A model generated the notes under the pieces. That model saw only the letters and a program-made list of their open reading frames with translations, was not told the DNA's origin and made no database searches. A program made the translations under genes and the position numbers. DNA of 39,805 nucleotides from Fidelibacterota bacterium (GTDB taxonomy: Bacteria; Fidelibacterota; Marinisomatia; Marinisomatales; TCS55). Where the stretch lies: contig JBHHTW010000017.1 in NCBI GenBank assembly GCA_046861385.1, positions 1 to 39,805 on the forward strand. Reading direction: 5' to 3'. This document shows positions 37,525-39,805 of this stretch, piece after piece (the first letter of the stretch is position 1; each line of letters opens with the position of its first letter).

Positions 37525-38553
37525 TCAGATTAGGACCGGTCTGTATTTACGGATATTTTCCAGCACCTTACCTGTTCCTTTCACCACTGAAATCAAAGGT
37601 TCCTCTGCAGTATTTACAGGTACATTTGTACGCTCACGAATAATCTGGTCCATCCCTTTTAGTAAACTGCCGCCTCCTGTCATTATAATTCCTCTGTCCA
37701 ATATATCAGCCGCTAATTCTGGTGGGGTTCTTTCCAAAGCTCGTTTGACCGCTTCCACGATACTATTGACCGGATCTTTTAGTGCTTGTCGTATTTCATC
37801 GGATGACACCTCGATTGTCTTTGGAATACCGCTGACCATGTCACGTCCTTTGACCGAGATGGTTTCTGTTGTCATTCGCATTGCTGAACCAACAGAAATT
37901 TTTATCGCCTCACCTGTTGCAAGACCAATATCTAATTTATGTTCGTTTCGAAACCACATGACCACATGTTCGTCCATTTCATCGCCGGCAATTCGAATTG
38001 TTTCTTTCGTCACAACGCCATTTAAAGCAATGACGGCTATTTCAGTCGTGCCTCCACCAATATCAACAATAATATTTCCTATGGGCTGACCAATGTCAAG
38101 ACCAATACCAATCGCGGCAGCTACCGGCTCTTCAATTAAATATACTTCTCGAGCGTTCGCCCGTTCCCCTGAGTCTTTTACTGCCCGCCGTTCGACTTCT
38201 GTAACCCCTGAAGGAACACAGATCACCATTCTTGGCCGCGCCAAACGATTGATATTTATTTTTCGAATGAAACCCTGAAGCATGCCGTCTGTCATATCAA
38301 AATCAGCGATAACACCATCTTGAAGTGGTCGTATAGTTTCAAGCTCTCGATGGGTTCTCCCAAGCATTGCTTTTGCTTCATTTCCGACTGCGACTATTTT
38401 ACCGTCATGCACTGATCTCGCAATAATTGACGGTTCGTTAATCATAACCCCTTTACCATTCACCCATAAAAGTGTATTTGCGGTACCAAGATCGATAGCA
38501 ATATCGCCTGATACCCAGGAAAAGGAATTTAATAAAGTGGATAAAAATGCCAT
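37525..38553 (-). CDS. mreB: rod shape-determining protein MreB
   Basis: IAIDLGTANT, IRPLQDGVIADF, VDIGGGTTE and LTGGG-like MTGGGSLL. Confidence 0.98.
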   Translation of the reverse strand: MAFLSTLLNSFSWVSGDIAIDLGTANTLLWVNGKGVMINEPSIIARSVHDGKIVAVGNEAKAMLGRTHRELETIRPLQDGVIADFDMTDGMLQGFIRKININRLARPRMVICVPSGVTEVERRAVKDSGERANAREVYLIEEPVAAAIGIGLDIGQPIGNIIVDIGGGTTEIAVIALNGVVTKETIRIAGDEMDEHVVMWFRNEHKLDIGLATGEAIKISVGSAMRMTTETISVKGRDMVSGIPKTIEVSSDEIRQALKDPVNSIVEAVKRALERTPPELAADILDRGIIMTGGGSLLKGMDQIIRERTNVPVNTAEEPLISVVKGTGKVLENIRKYRPVLI

Positions 38554-38735
38554 TTCTTATTTCTCGGATTATTTTTTGTTTCTTAAAGAAGTTGTAAAGT
38601 TAACTCAATTCAATGCTATTTTCCTTATGAATTAACTCATTTTAAAGGTTAAAATGATGCGTAGTTACTACGTAGATGCCTTAATCTGTATCGCTGCTAA
38701 AGAAGAATAAACATCGTATTAGTTAAAGCTTTGGT

Positions 38736-39800
38736 TTAATCGATTTCGACTCTGCTTTGATCTCCAAGTATAAAACGATGTGTGGTCGGTTTAGATTTAG
38801 ACCTTAATAATTGTACATCGCTGCCTAATAGTGACGCTTCTATCCTTCTGGAAATGTCCTGAATGCTGCAATCGTCCATCAGAATTGAATACTCAATCTC
38901 GCTATTTTCTATATTACATCCATTTCCTATCGCTGTGTACGGTCCAACATAGGCACCATGGATCCTCACATTATCTCCAATAATAACAGGACCTCGGATA
39001 TTTGAATCAATAATTTCAGAATTTTTTCCAATGATAACTCTTCCGGAAACATTTGAAAATGAATCAATATTCCCCAACCGATTATCTTTAATATTATCGA
39101 GTACGAGTCGATTGGCTTCCAAAAGATCCGACGGTTTACCCGTATCTTTCCACCACCCGGTTATCTCTGAATATGTCACAGAATATCCCTTTTCCAATAA
39201 ATATTGGTGGGCATCCGATATTTCCAATTCTCCCCGTTCTGATGGCTTAATATTATTCACAGCTTCAAAGATGTGGCTATCATAAACATAAATGCCGGTA
39301 ACGGCTAAATTACTTTTTGGCTTTGCTGGTTTTTCCTCAATACCAATAATATTTCCATCTTTTACATCGGCCACACCAAATCTATTTGGATCAGGAACTT
39401 TGCTCAATACAAGATGGCAATTAGAGCCGTTCGATTGAAATTTATCTACAAAATTGGTAATACCTCCTACAAGAATATTATCTCCCAAATAAAACACAAA
39501 TGGATCGCTTCCAATGAATGGTTCAGCTATTTTTACAACATGTCCCAAACCTAAAGGTGCCGACTGCTCTATATAAGTTATATTTAAACCATAATCATTT
39601 CCATTGCCAAATGCGTTTTCAATTGAAGTATCGTTTTCATTAATAATAACACCCACTTCATCAATCCCTGCACCATGAGCGTATTCCAAAGCATACTCCA
39701 GCATCAGTTTGTTTGCAATGGGTATGAGGTGTTTATTTTGTGTATGTGTTATGGGCCGCAACCTTGTCCCATGACCCCCGGCTGTAATCAGTGCCTTCAT
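38736..39800 (-). CDS. glucose-1-phosphate thymidylyltransferase, long form with C-terminal left-handed beta-helix
   Basis: AGGHGTRLRPIT...KHL.PIANK, YLGDN, EEKP, PSERGELEISDA, GWWKDTG and hexapeptide repeats. Confidence 0.93.
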   Translation of the reverse strand: MKALITAGGHGTRLRPITHTQNKHLIPIANKLMLEYALEYAHGAGIDEVGVIINENDTSIENAFGNGNDYGLNITYIEQSAPLGLGHVVKIAEPFIGSDPFVFYLGDNILVGGITNFVDKFQSNGSNCHLVLSKVPDPNRFGVADVKDGNIIGIEEKPAKPKSNLAVTGIYVYDSHIFEAVNNIKPSERGELEISDAHQYLLEKGYSVTYSEITGWWKDTGKPSDLLEANRLVLDNIKDNRLGNIDSFSNVSGRVIIGKNSEIIDSNIRGPVIIGDNVRIHGAYVGPYTAIGNGCNIENSEIEYSILMDDCSIQDISRRIEASLLGSDVQLLRSKSKPTTHRFILGDQSRVEID

Positions 39801-39805
39801 CTTAT

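Noticed and set aside
313-39285. All plus-strand and nested alternative-frame ORFs in the ORF track
   Set aside because: Short antisense or off-frame shadows lying within well-supported genes, with no motifs.
1-39805. CRISPR arrays, IS elements, prophage or defence genes
   Set aside because: No regularly spaced repeats and no transposase, integrase, cas or phage-like ORFs. The intergenic gaps are too small to hide an array.

Overview
AT-rich, tightly packed bacterial chromosome segment. tRNA-Ser(GCT) and all ~36 credible CDSs lie on the minus strand. Several features point to an FCB-superphylum organism: the SHMT insert, a PorV homologue, a T9SS-type C-terminal domain, and D-S/T-hydrophobic sequons in exported proteins. 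My best guess is Marinimicrobia/Marinisomatota-like, which is an inference. Order of transcription (right to left): long-form glucose-1-P thymidylyltransferase; mreBCD-mrdA-rodA; cpoB-like; a half GlgA-like protein, a DUF4270/BamH-like lipoprotein, a FadL/BamG-like barrel and a TPR lipoprotein; glyA; a TatT-DctP-DctQM (TPAT-type TRAP) transporter; porV, an M6-like pseudoprotease with T9SS CTD, a peptidase/propeller/Omp85 protein, a DUF5683-like protein and bamD; nadD; a Ca/Na antiporter; ftsEX; hrcA-grpE-dnaJ (no dnaK); comEA, a pilin-like protein and a PilM/PilN-like fusion; rsmD; coaD; an FmdB zinc ribbon; icd; obgE; dprA; tRNA-Ser. I saw no mobile elements or CRISPR arrays. The best candidates for undescribed biology are the two outer-membrane biogenesis/secretion clusters (13670-22442 and 27631-32281) and the degenerate pilus/competence module (4952-7871). 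All family calls are by motif recognition only; no searches were run.
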